IMG/VR virus record: IMGVR_UViG_3300020044_002018
Span: 1 to 34,821 of that record
DNA: 34,821 nt
Direction: 5' to 3' (one strand)
Origin: a virus
Lineage: Duplodnaviria > Caudoviricetes
Shown: positions 24,966 through 33,989 of the stretch, one piece after another
How the letters are laid out: every line of letters starts with the position of its first letter
Position numbering within the stretch: the first letter of the stretch is position 1
Made by a program: the position numbers and the translations under genes
The notes under the pieces: generated by a model
Told to the model about the DNA's origin: nothing
The model's database searches: none
What the model saw: the letters and a program-made list of their open reading frames with translations, nothing else

Positions 24966-24992
24966 CCCCCAGCTGGTCTGGGGGTTTTTTTT
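24966..24992 (+). terminator. Rho-independent terminator
   Basis: CCCCCAG-CTGGT-CTGGGGG followed by T8. Confidence 0.9.
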
Positions 24993-25013
24993 GCAAAAAA
25001 CTATTAAAAACAC

Positions 25014-25041
25014 TTGCACGATAGGCAAACCTGATTACAAT
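25014..25041 (+). promoter_or_regulatory. Capsid gene promoter
   Basis: TTGCAC-N16-TACAAT with an A-rich upstream element. Confidence 0.75.
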
Positions 25042-25182
25042 GTGTATCCGAGGCATATCAGATTATCGACCCTCAGATGGTTGTACCCAACTGGCTGGCA
25101 TCCTACTGCAAGCAACCGGCCCGGATTACCGGCTCACCGACAGCGAGAAACCTCTTTATAACTTTGTCAAAAGGTAAACAAA

Positions 25183-26022
25183 ATGGCTATTAATCTGTCT
25201 ACAGCCTTTGTAACCCTGTTTGATGCGGAAGTTAAGCAAGCCTATCAGGCTTCGGCGGTTCTCCGTCCGGCTGTCCGTATTCGCGCAGGCGTTGAAGGTT
25301 CAACTTACAAATTCCCTAAGATCGGCAAGGGCGTTGCTCAAGTCCGTATTCCACAAACTGACATCACTCCTCTGAATGTGACCTACTCGCAAGTGACCGC
25401 GACTCTGAGCGACTACATCGCTGCTGAGTATTCGGACATCTTTATGCAGGCCAAGGTCAACTTCGACGAGCGTCGTGAGCTGGTCAAAGTCGTGTCGAAC
25501 GCAATTGGTCGTCGTCAGGATCAGCTGATTCTGGACGCTCTGACTGCATCGAGCGGTACTTCGGTCGGCAACGACATCGGCGGTTCTGACACCAACATGA
25601 ACGTTGCCAAACTGCGTACAGCGGCTCAAACCCTGAATGCAAACAATGTTCCGATGGACAACCGTCACATCATCATCCACGCTAACTCGCTGGCTTCCCT
25701 GTTGTCGGAAACTGCTGTTACCTCGTCTGACTTCAACACTGTCAAGGCGCTGGTTCAGGGCGAGATCAACACATTCTTGGGCTTCACCTTCCACGTTCTG
25801 GGTGATCGCACTGAGGGTGGCTTGATTAAGGATGGCTCAAATGACCGTACCTGCTTTGCATTCCACAAGGATGCGTTGGGTCTGGCAGAAGGCATTGCTC
25901 CAAAAACTGAGATCAACTATGTGCCAGAGAAGACTTCCTTCCTGATCGCTTCGATGTTCTCGGCTGGTGCTGTGGCGATTGACGATGAAGGTATCGTCAA
26001 GATCGTCTGCCGCGAATCTTAA
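25183..26022 (+). CDS. Major capsid protein
   Basis: 279 aa; FV..FDAEVKQAYQ..LR, AIGRRQDQ.I, S.DFN.VKALV.GE...FLGF.F; own promoter; position after the scaffold. Confidence 0.92.
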   Translation: MAINLSTAFVTLFDAEVKQAYQASAVLRPAVRIRAGVEGSTYKFPKIGKGVAQVRIPQTDITPLNVTYSQVTATLSDYIAAEYSDIFMQAKVNFDERRELVKVVSNAIGRRQDQLILDALTASSGTSVGNDIGGSDTNMNVAKLRTAAQTLNANNVPMDNRHIIIHANSLASLLSETAVTSSDFNTVKALVQGEINTFLGFTFHVLGDRTEGGLIKDGSNDRTCFAFHKDALGLAEGIAPKTEINYVPEKTSFLIASMFSAGAVAIDDEGIVKIVCRES

Positions 26023-26036
26023 TCTAGGAGGCTGAC

Positions 26037-26315
26037 ATGGCTTATTCTTCAACTGGTTTTGCGACCATTGGCGCATCGAAGGCTGGCAATGCCCCGTCTT
26101 TGTATGCTTACTCAACGACTGATGCTATTGGTGATATCAACACCAGCGGTTACTTCAACAGTGTAGCCAGCATCCTGAACGTTGGCGACGTTATTCTGGT
26201 TCGTTCTTCGACTGGCGGTACTCAGGCTTTGACGCTTGTTTATGTTGCGAGCAACGCTTCTGGTGTTGTTGATGTCACTGATGGTCTGACTATCACAGCA
26301 ACTGATTCCGACTAA
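26037..26315 (+). CDS. Capsid decoration or cement protein candidate
   Basis: 92 aa after the capsid gene and before a terminator; AGGAGG SD; SGYFN...L.VGD.I. Confidence 0.7.
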   Translation: MAYSSTGFATIGASKAGNAPSLYAYSTTDAIGDINTSGYFNSVASILNVGDVILVRSSTGGTQALTLVYVASNASGVVDVTDGLTITATDSD

Positions 26316-26333
26316 GTTTAGTTAGGATCAACC

Positions 26334-26372
26334 GGGGCCGCTGCCGAAGTAATTTGGTAGTGGCCCTTTATT
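26334..26372 (+). terminator. Terminator-like hairpin after the capsid and decoration genes
   Basis: GGGCCGCTGCCGAA-GTAA-TTTGGTAGTGGCCC (three G-U pairs, GNRA loop) followed by TTTATT. Confidence 0.8.
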
Positions 26373-26387
26373 ACATAAGAGGTTCTT

Positions 26388-27002
26388 ATGGCAGCAGGTG
26401 ATACAGCAGTTGCTATCTGTTCTGACGCACTAATCCTATTGGGCGCAAAACCCATTTCGTCTTTTAACGACGGAACGGATGAGGCAAATACGGCTGACCG
26501 CTTGTATCCAGATGTGCGGGATATGACGCTATCGTTGTATCCTTGGTCGTTTGCCTACAAGAAAGTAAAGTTATCTCGTCTTTCTACTGCGCCAGTTAGC
26601 GAGTGGAAGTATCAATACCAGATGCCGGGTGATACGCTTGGTAATCCCCGTGCGGCATTTGAGACGTCTCAAGCTTACGCAAGGCCAGTCAAAGAATGGG
26701 AAATCATTGGCGATAAGCTGATGACAAATAACGAAGAAGTCTACATCGACTACCCGTACCAAACTCCAGAATACTCAATGCCTCAGTATTTCATCCAGCT
26801 TTTGAAATATATGATGGCGTGGCATTTGGCATATCCCATTACCGAGCAAGAAACAAAGGCTGGCTATTGGCAGGGCGTTGCTGTTGGCGGCCCATCAGAA
26901 AATGGTCGTGGTGGTTATTTCAGGCAGGCGGCAAATATTGACGCGCAAGGTCAGCCACCACAAGTTATTGAAGATTACTCTCTTGTCGCAGTGAGATACT
27001 GA
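26388..27002 (+). CDS. Tail tubular protein A (adaptor, T7 gp11-like)
   Basis: ICSDAL..LGA.PISSF...A...Y..VRD..L..YPWSFA...W.YQYQ.P.D. Confidence 0.88.
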   Translation: MAAGDTAVAICSDALILLGAKPISSFNDGTDEANTADRLYPDVRDMTLSLYPWSFAYKKVKLSRLSTAPVSEWKYQYQMPGDTLGNPRAAFETSQAYARPVKEWEIIGDKLMTNNEEVYIDYPYQTPEYSMPQYFIQLLKYMMAWHLAYPITEQETKAGYWQGVAVGGPSENGRGGYFRQAANIDAQGQPPQVIEDYSLVAVRY

Positions 27003-29437
27003 TGGCTAGGTTTATTGACTTCCAAACAAACTTTAGCACCGGGGAATTAGACCCGTTGCTACGGGCGCGTGTGGATATCCCTCAGTATGATAATGCACTG
27101 GCAAAAGCAACCAATGTAATCATTCAGCCGCAAGGTGGTGTTCGCCGTCGTCCCGGAACTAAACACGTATTTGAGCTTCCAAATAGCGGTGGAGAATCAG
27201 CCGCAAATGGTATGCGACTCATCTCGTTTGAGTTTTCGGTTGACGATAGCTATATGCTTTGCTTCGTAACTGGCCGGATGTATGTGGTTAAGAATGGTGC
27301 GTTGATTACAGCCATCAATGGCGGAGCAAATAATTATCTGACAGTCTCGTCGATTACTGGCGCGATGCTGTCATCGCTCTGTTGGACGCAATCAGCGGAT
27401 ACATTGATTGTTGTTCACCCAGACTTGCAACCAATCAAGATCGTCCGTGGCGCCAGTGATTCGTCTTGGACAGCAACAACAATTACGTTTGATTCAATTC
27501 CAAAGTACGCATTTAATCAGGCATTTAACAATCCTGTAGCTGTATTAACGTCGTCATCTGTAAGTGGCAATGTTGTCCTAACAACTGGGGCTACTGGAAC
27601 GGCTCAAGCCGGATCATCAAACACTATTACATTGGCCGCTACGTCGTCTGATATTGACGATATTTACAACAATTTTACGATTTCAATTACTGATGGAACT
27701 GGGTCTGGGCAAAGCAAAACCATTTCCAATTATGTCGGTTCAACAAAGGTAGCAACAGTATCGTCAAATTGGACAACGAATCCAGACAATACTTCTAAAT
27801 ACAGCATTGAGGGCCGGGTATTCCATAATGGGAGATCCAATACTGCACAGGCTGGAACCTCTAGTTCAATTACGTTAGATGCTTCAGCTTCTTCTGTTAA
27901 TGATATTTATAACGGCTCAAGCATAACGATTACTTCTGGTACTGGCTCAGGTCAGACGAGAACAATCTCAAATTATGTCGGCTCCACAAAGGTGGCTACT
28001 GTTTCCACAAACTGGACAACAACCCCGAATAGCACATCTCAGTTCACAATAGAAAGCCAAGTCAACCAATATATCAACGTAACACCGCAAGGCCGGGCAA
28101 GGATTACTAAATACATTAGCAGCACTTCTGTTGAAGCAATTACTGAGTTTCCGTTTTTTAATACGGCAACCATTGCTTCTGGCGATTGGGAACTGGAGAC
28201 AGGTTATGAAGATGTCTGGTCGTCTGCCAAAGGTTGGCCCCGGACTGTATCATTCCATGAGGGTAGGCTCTATTTCGGCGGCTCTAAGTCACGCCCGTCT
28301 ACGATCTGGGGCAGTAAGGTGGCCTTGTTCTTTGACTTTAAGCCGTCTGAATTTTTGGATGATGATGCTGTTGAAGCTACCCTTGATACTAATCAGCTTA
28401 ATATTATTGTTGATATTATCTCTGGCCGCGACTTGCAGGTCTTCACAACGGGCGGGGAATTTTACGTTCCGCAACAAGGTACTGATCCGATCACGCCGCT
28501 GACGTTTACCTTTAAACAGGTTAGCCGCAATGGTGCAAGACCCGGTACACGCGTGGAGGCACTTGAGTCTGGTTCCTTGTTTGTGCAGCGGCAAGGCAAG
28601 GCACTCAACGAGTTTTTGTTCTCCGATAGCCAGCTTACCTATGTAACCCAGCGTATCTCACTACTGTCTGGTCACCTTCTTAAAAGCCCAAGCCGTCTTG
28701 GTTTGCGTCGTGCCACATCTACGGATGAGGGTGACTTGCTGTTGATTACTAACGAGACTGACGGGTCTTTGGCGGTTTACTCTATCCTCCGTTCCCAACA
28801 AATTATTGCGCCATCTGAGTTCACCACAGACGGTGAATTTATGGATGTCAGTGTTGATGTCACGAATATTTATACGATTGCAAAACGGGTATTTAATGGG
28901 ACGACTCGGTATTTTGTTGAGTTTTTTGACAATGATTTGCTTACTGACTGTGCCTTTACTGGCGGCAGCGCAGCTTCTGCTAGTGGCCTTCCACACATTG
29001 GCGAAATATTAAATGTGATTTGTGATGGTGTACCGCAAGGCAATGAAACGGTAAGTGCTGGCGGCAGCGTTACTTTTGACCGATCATCGACAACTAGCTA
29101 CGAAGTAGGCTTGCCAGTAAGTGTTTACTTGAAGACAATGCCAGTTGAGATTAAGTTGCAAAGCGGGTCACGCGTTGCATTTAAAAAGCGAATTGTGCAA
29201 GTCAATGCGGTTGTCAGTAATACGCAGCATTTGAATATCAACGGCCAGCCAGTCCCGTTTCAGAATCTTGATGGCCCATTGTTGGACGTAGAGATCACAC
29301 CGTTTACTGGCGTCAAAAGACTTGACGGCATCCGTGGGTACACTCGCGATGCTGTTATTGAGGTAACCCAAACTTTGCCACTCAAGATGACATTACTTGG
29401 CCTTGAGTACAAAGTTGCTGTAAATCAGGGGACATAA
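27002..29437 (+). CDS. Tail tubular protein B (nozzle, T7 gp12-like)
   Basis: QTNFSTGELDP.L.AR.D...Y, GG..RRPGT, QSAD, WS..KGWP..V.FHEGRL.FGG. Confidence 0.92.
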   Translation: MARFIDFQTNFSTGELDPLLRARVDIPQYDNALAKATNVIIQPQGGVRRRPGTKHVFELPNSGGESAANGMRLISFEFSVDDSYMLCFVTGRMYVVKNGALITAINGGANNYLTVSSITGAMLSSLCWTQSADTLIVVHPDLQPIKIVRGASDSSWTATTITFDSIPKYAFNQAFNNPVAVLTSSSVSGNVVLTTGATGTAQAGSSNTITLAATSSDIDDIYNNFTISITDGTGSGQSKTISNYVGSTKVATVSSNWTTNPDNTSKYSIEGRVFHNGRSNTAQAGTSSSITLDASASSVNDIYNGSSITITSGTGSGQTRTISNYVGSTKVATVSTNWTTTPNSTSQFTIESQVNQYINVTPQGRARITKYISSTSVEAITEFPFFNTATIASGDWELETGYEDVWSSAKGWPRTVSFHEGRLYFGGSKSRPSTIWGSKVALFFDFKPSEFLDDDAVEATLDTNQLNIIVDIISGRDLQVFTTGGEFYVPQQGTDPITPLTFTFKQVSRNGARPGTRVEALESGSLFVQRQGKALNEFLFSDSQLTYVTQRISLLSGHLLKSPSRLGLRRATSTDEGDLLLITNETDGSLAVYSILRSQQIIAPSEFTTDGEFMDVSVDVTNIYTIAKRVFNGTTRYFVEFFDNDLLTDCAFTGGSAASASGLPHIGEILNVICDGVPQGNETVSAGGSVTFDRSSTTSYEVGLPVSVYLKTMPVEIKLQSGSRVAFKKRIVQVNAVVSNTQHLNINGQPVPFQNLDGPLLDVEITPFTGVKRLDGIRGYTRDAVIEVTQTLPLKMTLLGLEYKVAVNQGT
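27593..28054 (+). repeat. Two diverged in-frame copies of a ~73-aa module (period 243 nt) within tail tubular B
   Basis: TAQAG...GTGSGQ..TISNYVGSTKVATVS.NWTT.P occurs twice. Confidence 0.92.
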
Positions 29438-30061
29438 ATGGCAACTTCTTATGGAAACTCTGCCACGGCAGTAATGGGTGTCAATGCTGTAAGTGGTCTT
29501 ATTGCTGGCATTGGCGCTGCTTATAGTCAGCAAGCACAAGGCTATTATCAGCAAGCTGGTTATGCGGTACAAGCGCAGGAAAATTTACGATTAGCTGGGT
29601 TGCGGGCCGATAAGGCAGTTGAGTACGGTGAGGCTGCGTTTAAGCGTAACCTATTAAAGATTGAGTACGATACTCTTAATTACAAAATCCAAGCAAATAC
29701 GCTAATTAAAGGATTGAGGCAGGCAAATGCGACTGCTTTAGCTAGAGGTTATGCGTCTGGTGTTGTTGCTACTCAAGGCTCGATTGGCGGCGTTCGCGGC
29801 GCGAATGTGCGAGAGGTATATCAGGATGTTGGCATTACTGACCTTAATGCAATGACAGCCCGTATATTAGGCTTAGAAGATGCGACGGCAATGTTAAAGC
29901 AGTCTTATGATATGGCTTTCTATGAGCGTGAGGCGGCGATTGTTAATGCTGGGACGCTGTTGCAATCTGGAGAATTTGCCGCTGGGTCTGGTGGCTTGTT
30001 GGCTGGCGCTCAGTTGTCACAATCTGCCGTTAATTTTGCAATGACTTATCCATTTAAGTAA
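29438..30061 (+). CDS. Internal virion protein (T7 gp14-like position)
   Basis: Ala/Gly-rich hydrophobic ends; ALARGYASGV; follows the nozzle gene. Confidence 0.75.
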   Translation: MATSYGNSATAVMGVNAVSGLIAGIGAAYSQQAQGYYQQAGYAVQAQENLRLAGLRADKAVEYGEAAFKRNLLKIEYDTLNYKIQANTLIKGLRQANATALARGYASGVVATQGSIGGVRGANVREVYQDVGITDLNAMTARILGLEDATAMLKQSYDMAFYEREAAIVNAGTLLQSGEFAAGSGGLLAGAQLSQSAVNFAMTYPFK

Positions 30062-30066
30062 ATATC

Positions 30067-32322
30067 ATGGCCGATCCGATTAGAAGACTTCAATCAGGGA
30101 ATGTTCAGGTAGCTGGCATATCTAATTTGCCGCAGCCGAATATGAACTTTGGGACGCAGCGCCCTGAGATTGCCTATCAAGCTGCCGCTGAGTCCTCGTC
30201 TGCACTTGGAAGAGTCCTATCTAATTTGTCAGCATCCATGTTTGGTCAGGCGGAAAAATTAGCTGAAGCTGCTGGACAGCAATTTATTGCAGAAAATCCC
30301 ATTACCCAAGAAGAAATAGATGGGATGGTGAATGGTGAGAAAAAAAGTTTTTCCAACCGTTTTACACAAAACGCTTTTGGTGCTGCCGTAAATAAATGGA
30401 GAGCGCATGAGTTATCAGCTCATTTTGAGTTGCAATCTGTGCAAAAAGCCAATGACACTCAGTTGGCGTTAGAGACAGGAAAGAATAAAGATGGCTCTAG
30501 GTTTGAGCTAGATTTAAAAGCAATAGCTGAAGATTGGACGGCACATACTAAAGGCAATTCCGATGTATTAGCCCAATACAGTCCGGACGCATCTTATAAG
30601 TACCGAGCCACTGCTGCGGTGCATGGCAATAAACTTTTAGTCGCTGCGGCCAAAGCAGATAGCGAAAGAAAGTTTTTAGAAAATCAAATAAAGGTTGAGC
30701 AAATGATACCGGCGTATGGTCAGTCGGTAAAAAATATTATCACTGCTTATGCCAACTCAGATCCTATTGCGCTGCAAAACGAACTGATGGCAGAAAGGCA
30801 AAGGATGGTTGAGGGCGCTTTAATGTTGGGTGGCATCCCAGCACAAAAGCTTGCGCTAGAAAAGTCCAACCAGATTGAAATTGAAGTAAAGACAGCAATG
30901 TTTCAAAACCATATTTTTGAAGGCAATCTTGGTGATTCTGCTGCATTTATGGATAAAGTCAGAAAAGGGCTTTTGCCGCCGTCACTGCAGAATGTTTGGA
31001 ACACTATGACTCCTCCGCAGCAAAAAGCTGTGAGGGATGCGATTGATTCGGAATTTACTGCGTTATCAAAGCGCAGGGACGAAAACAAAAAAGTAGATGA
31101 CCAAAAGTTGAATCAAGACATTAGCTCAAACTTGATGGTTATGTATGACAAGTCGTCAAGCACTGAGCAAAAAGTTATTGCAATGGGGTTTTTGCAAGAA
31201 CAAGCCAAGAATAGGCCAGACTTAATTACGGCTAAGTTTGTCATGGTTGATCTGCCGAAAAGCCTTAAAGAGGATGTTCAAGATGACCCCGCTGGTGAAG
31301 CCAAACTTATACAGTATTTGCGAGACAACAAAGACGTTCCGATAACTGTAACAGAGGTTCTGGAAAAAGCTGGAGGTTTTGGCGTAACTTCAAAAACCGC
31401 CATTGCTATTGCTGAAAAATACTTGCCAAAAGATGCGAAGGAATTGCAAAGATTAAAAGATTTAGCTGAAATTGAATTTGATTTGCGGACAAAAAAAATA
31501 CCTAAAAATGATATGGCTACGTTAAAGAATAGACTTAACGCAGCAAAACTTAGCACGGCTGATCTGCCAAGCGATTTTATAAGGTTGCTTACCGAAGACT
31601 TGCCAGAAGTTGAAATAAAAACTAACGAGCAGCAATACTTTAATGTTTCTGGACGAATTCAAAAGGATGAAATTACAGATCCTGTTCAGCTTTATCAAGC
31701 GACAAAGGGTTTGGTTATTTCATTTAGCGACAAAAAACAGCTTGAGAGCGATCTCATTGCGAGAATACAAGCGAAGGAAGCGTCGTTCTCAAAGGCTGGG
31801 AAAGATTATGCTGGTGTTTTTGACGCAAAAAGTCCTTCGATAAACTCGGCAAATGAGCTTAAAGGCTCACAACTTGCAGAAAAAAGTTACAAAGATTTAT
31901 TGGAGCAGCATAGAAAGAATGGCTATTTCATTGATGACGCAGGCGAAAAACAATATCGCACTCCTACAACAGATGACGCTAGAGAAATTGTTAAGAGCAA
32001 AGCAATTTCAGACAAAACTCTAAAACTTATAAACCAGCAAAAAGAAAGTCTTAATAATGACTTTGGCCCTAGCGGTATAAGGTTTTCAGAGAATGAAATA
32101 AAAAAAAGCCCAAGGCTTATGGAAATTACTCCAACATTTAAGCCCGGTGACAGCTTCAAAGTTGACCAGAATTATATTGATAAGATTACTAGAGAAGTAA
32201 TGAGGATTCGCGGCATTACCAATCCCAATGATTTAACTAAGACTGATCGTATAAATATTCAAGACCTCATTGACCAGCAAGAGTCGATAGCGAGGAAACA
32301 GCGTGATGCTGGGAGAAGATGA
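30067..32322 (+). CDS. Internal virion protein (T7 gp15-like position)
   Basis: 751-aa helical protein; synteny only. Confidence 0.7.
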   Translation: MADPIRRLQSGNVQVAGISNLPQPNMNFGTQRPEIAYQAAAESSSALGRVLSNLSASMFGQAEKLAEAAGQQFIAENPITQEEIDGMVNGEKKSFSNRFTQNAFGAAVNKWRAHELSAHFELQSVQKANDTQLALETGKNKDGSRFELDLKAIAEDWTAHTKGNSDVLAQYSPDASYKYRATAAVHGNKLLVAAAKADSERKFLENQIKVEQMIPAYGQSVKNIITAYANSDPIALQNELMAERQRMVEGALMLGGIPAQKLALEKSNQIEIEVKTAMFQNHIFEGNLGDSAAFMDKVRKGLLPPSLQNVWNTMTPPQQKAVRDAIDSEFTALSKRRDENKKVDDQKLNQDISSNLMVMYDKSSSTEQKVIAMGFLQEQAKNRPDLITAKFVMVDLPKSLKEDVQDDPAGEAKLIQYLRDNKDVPITVTEVLEKAGGFGVTSKTAIAIAEKYLPKDAKELQRLKDLAEIEFDLRTKKIPKNDMATLKNRLNAAKLSTADLPSDFIRLLTEDLPEVEIKTNEQQYFNVSGRIQKDEITDPVQLYQATKGLVISFSDKKQLESDLIARIQAKEASFSKAGKDYAGVFDAKSPSINSANELKGSQLAEKSYKDLLEQHRKNGYFIDDAGEKQYRTPTTDDAREIVKSKAISDKTLKLINQQKESLNNDFGPSGIRFSENEIKKSPRLMEITPTFKPGDSFKVDQNYIDKITREVMRIRGITNPNDLTKTDRINIQDLIDQQESIARKQRDAGRR

Positions 32323-33989
32323 TGGAAGACGATTTCAGATTTTACAACGACTATCATATGTACAGGGAAGACCCAAACGTCCCTGACTATAACGAACTCC
32401 AGCAGAGTATGGAAGAGTCGCGCAGCATGGATGGGATGCAATTGGCTGCTGGGCCGTCTTTTGAGCAGGTTAATCGGGCAGCGCAGAATATGCCGCTGGA
32501 AACAGAAACCCAGACCACAATGCGTCGGATGCAAGAGGATCAGCAGACTGGTGTTACTGGTCAGATTATTCCGCAGGATAGAACTTTGCGCGAAGAACTG
32601 GCATATCGTACTCAGCAGGCGTTAATCCAAAACCTCGGCATAGACAATGCCAAAGCCAGAAAGCTGGCAGAAACTATCTTTGGTGGAGAAAGCTCTGGTG
32701 TTCCATTGGGCGTTGGGTTGACCGACTTTACTCCGGCAGTTATTCCTATGGCTGTTCAAGAATCTGGTATTTCTGCTGGCAAAGCGCGTGAGTCAGTTGA
32801 CCGAGGCGAATATGGCAGAGCCGCAGCCGAGTATGGCATAGGGATATTGCAAGGAGCCGAAGCAATCCCCGGTGTTAAATTAGCGTCCAAGGCGGCTAAA
32901 AAGATTGGGACAACTCTTGCCCCTGCTGCTGGAGAAATGTTTGAAACTTATGCTGCTAGAACTGGCCTGACGAATTACATTACCGACCCTGTTAAAGTTT
33001 ATTCTGGTGTAATGGTTCAAGACATTCAGCCAAAACGTAGGTTGAATACTTTAGTAACTAAGTTAGAGTCAGGGCGCATTGACGAACAAACATATATTGA
33101 GAATACCAAGCTTCTTAATGAAGCTATGCAGAAAAAGCCTGAAAAGGTAAGTGATGCAGATAAAGTTCGTGGTGCTGATGAAGTAACTCGTAGACTGCTT
33201 GGCGCTCTTAATCCTAATGCACAAGTCAAGCTTAGAGAGCCAATAGTTAGATTCGCCAAATGGCTTTTAGATAACAACCCTCAGTTTGGTAATGAGCTAG
33301 GGATATCAATAAAAGGGACGGGTGAAAAAGGTACGGCTGGTGGTTATGCCTCATGGGATCGTGTAGCAACTATATTTGCGGATAAGGCAAACGATGCAAC
33401 TGGTGTCCATGAGATATTGCACCATACTGAGCAAATGATGCCAATCGAAGTACAAAATGGAATTACTGATGAATGGACAAGATCATATTTGGCGACCTAC
33501 CAGAAAGCCGATCCTAAAGTTCAATTATATTTAAAGGAAATACCCAAAGCGATTGCTGGGGATAAAAAAGCGCAAAAGACTATTTTTGAAGGATTTAGAA
33601 ACGGCACATTAAATTACGACGCGCATTATCAGTTTGTAAACCCATCAGAGTTTTGGGCAGTTAATGCAACTAGGATCATGAATTCCAGATATGAGGCTGG
33701 TTCTTGGATTGCTAAAGCCAAGGTTTGGCTTGGTGAATTTACTGAAAAAGCAAAAGGCGCATTTGGAGTTCAATCTGATTCCCAAGTATTGCGTGGATTA
33801 AAAGCAATCTCAAAAGGCAAGGGCGAACTAGAATCGGATTTGTTGGCTGAACCTATAAACGTATCTTCTTCTGCTCGTCGTGTTAAGCAACAACGTGAAC
33901 AGTCACAACAAAGAAAACGAGTTGCAAAAGGCGCGGCAGCGGTAACGGCGGCTGGAGCAGCACTTACTGGTGATGAAGGGCAGAAATAA
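32319..33989 (+). CDS. Probable internal virion protein with a zincin-like HExxH domain
   Basis: TAGGY...I...ATGVHEILHH...PSEFWAVN; lies among the ejection protein genes. Confidence 0.7.
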   Translation: MMEDDFRFYNDYHMYREDPNVPDYNELQQSMEESRSMDGMQLAAGPSFEQVNRAAQNMPLETETQTTMRRMQEDQQTGVTGQIIPQDRTLREELAYRTQQALIQNLGIDNAKARKLAETIFGGESSGVPLGVGLTDFTPAVIPMAVQESGISAGKARESVDRGEYGRAAAEYGIGILQGAEAIPGVKLASKAAKKIGTTLAPAAGEMFETYAARTGLTNYITDPVKVYSGVMVQDIQPKRRLNTLVTKLESGRIDEQTYIENTKLLNEAMQKKPEKVSDADKVRGADEVTRRLLGALNPNAQVKLREPIVRFAKWLLDNNPQFGNELGISIKGTGEKGTAGGYASWDRVATIFADKANDATGVHEILHHTEQMMPIEVQNGITDEWTRSYLATYQKADPKVQLYLKEIPKAIAGDKKAQKTIFEGFRNGTLNYDAHYQFVNPSEFWAVNATRIMNSRYEAGSWIAKAKVWLGEFTEKAKGAFGVQSDSQVLRGLKAISKGKGELESDLLAEPINVSSSARRVKQQREQSQQRKRVAKGAAAVTAAGAALTGDEGQK

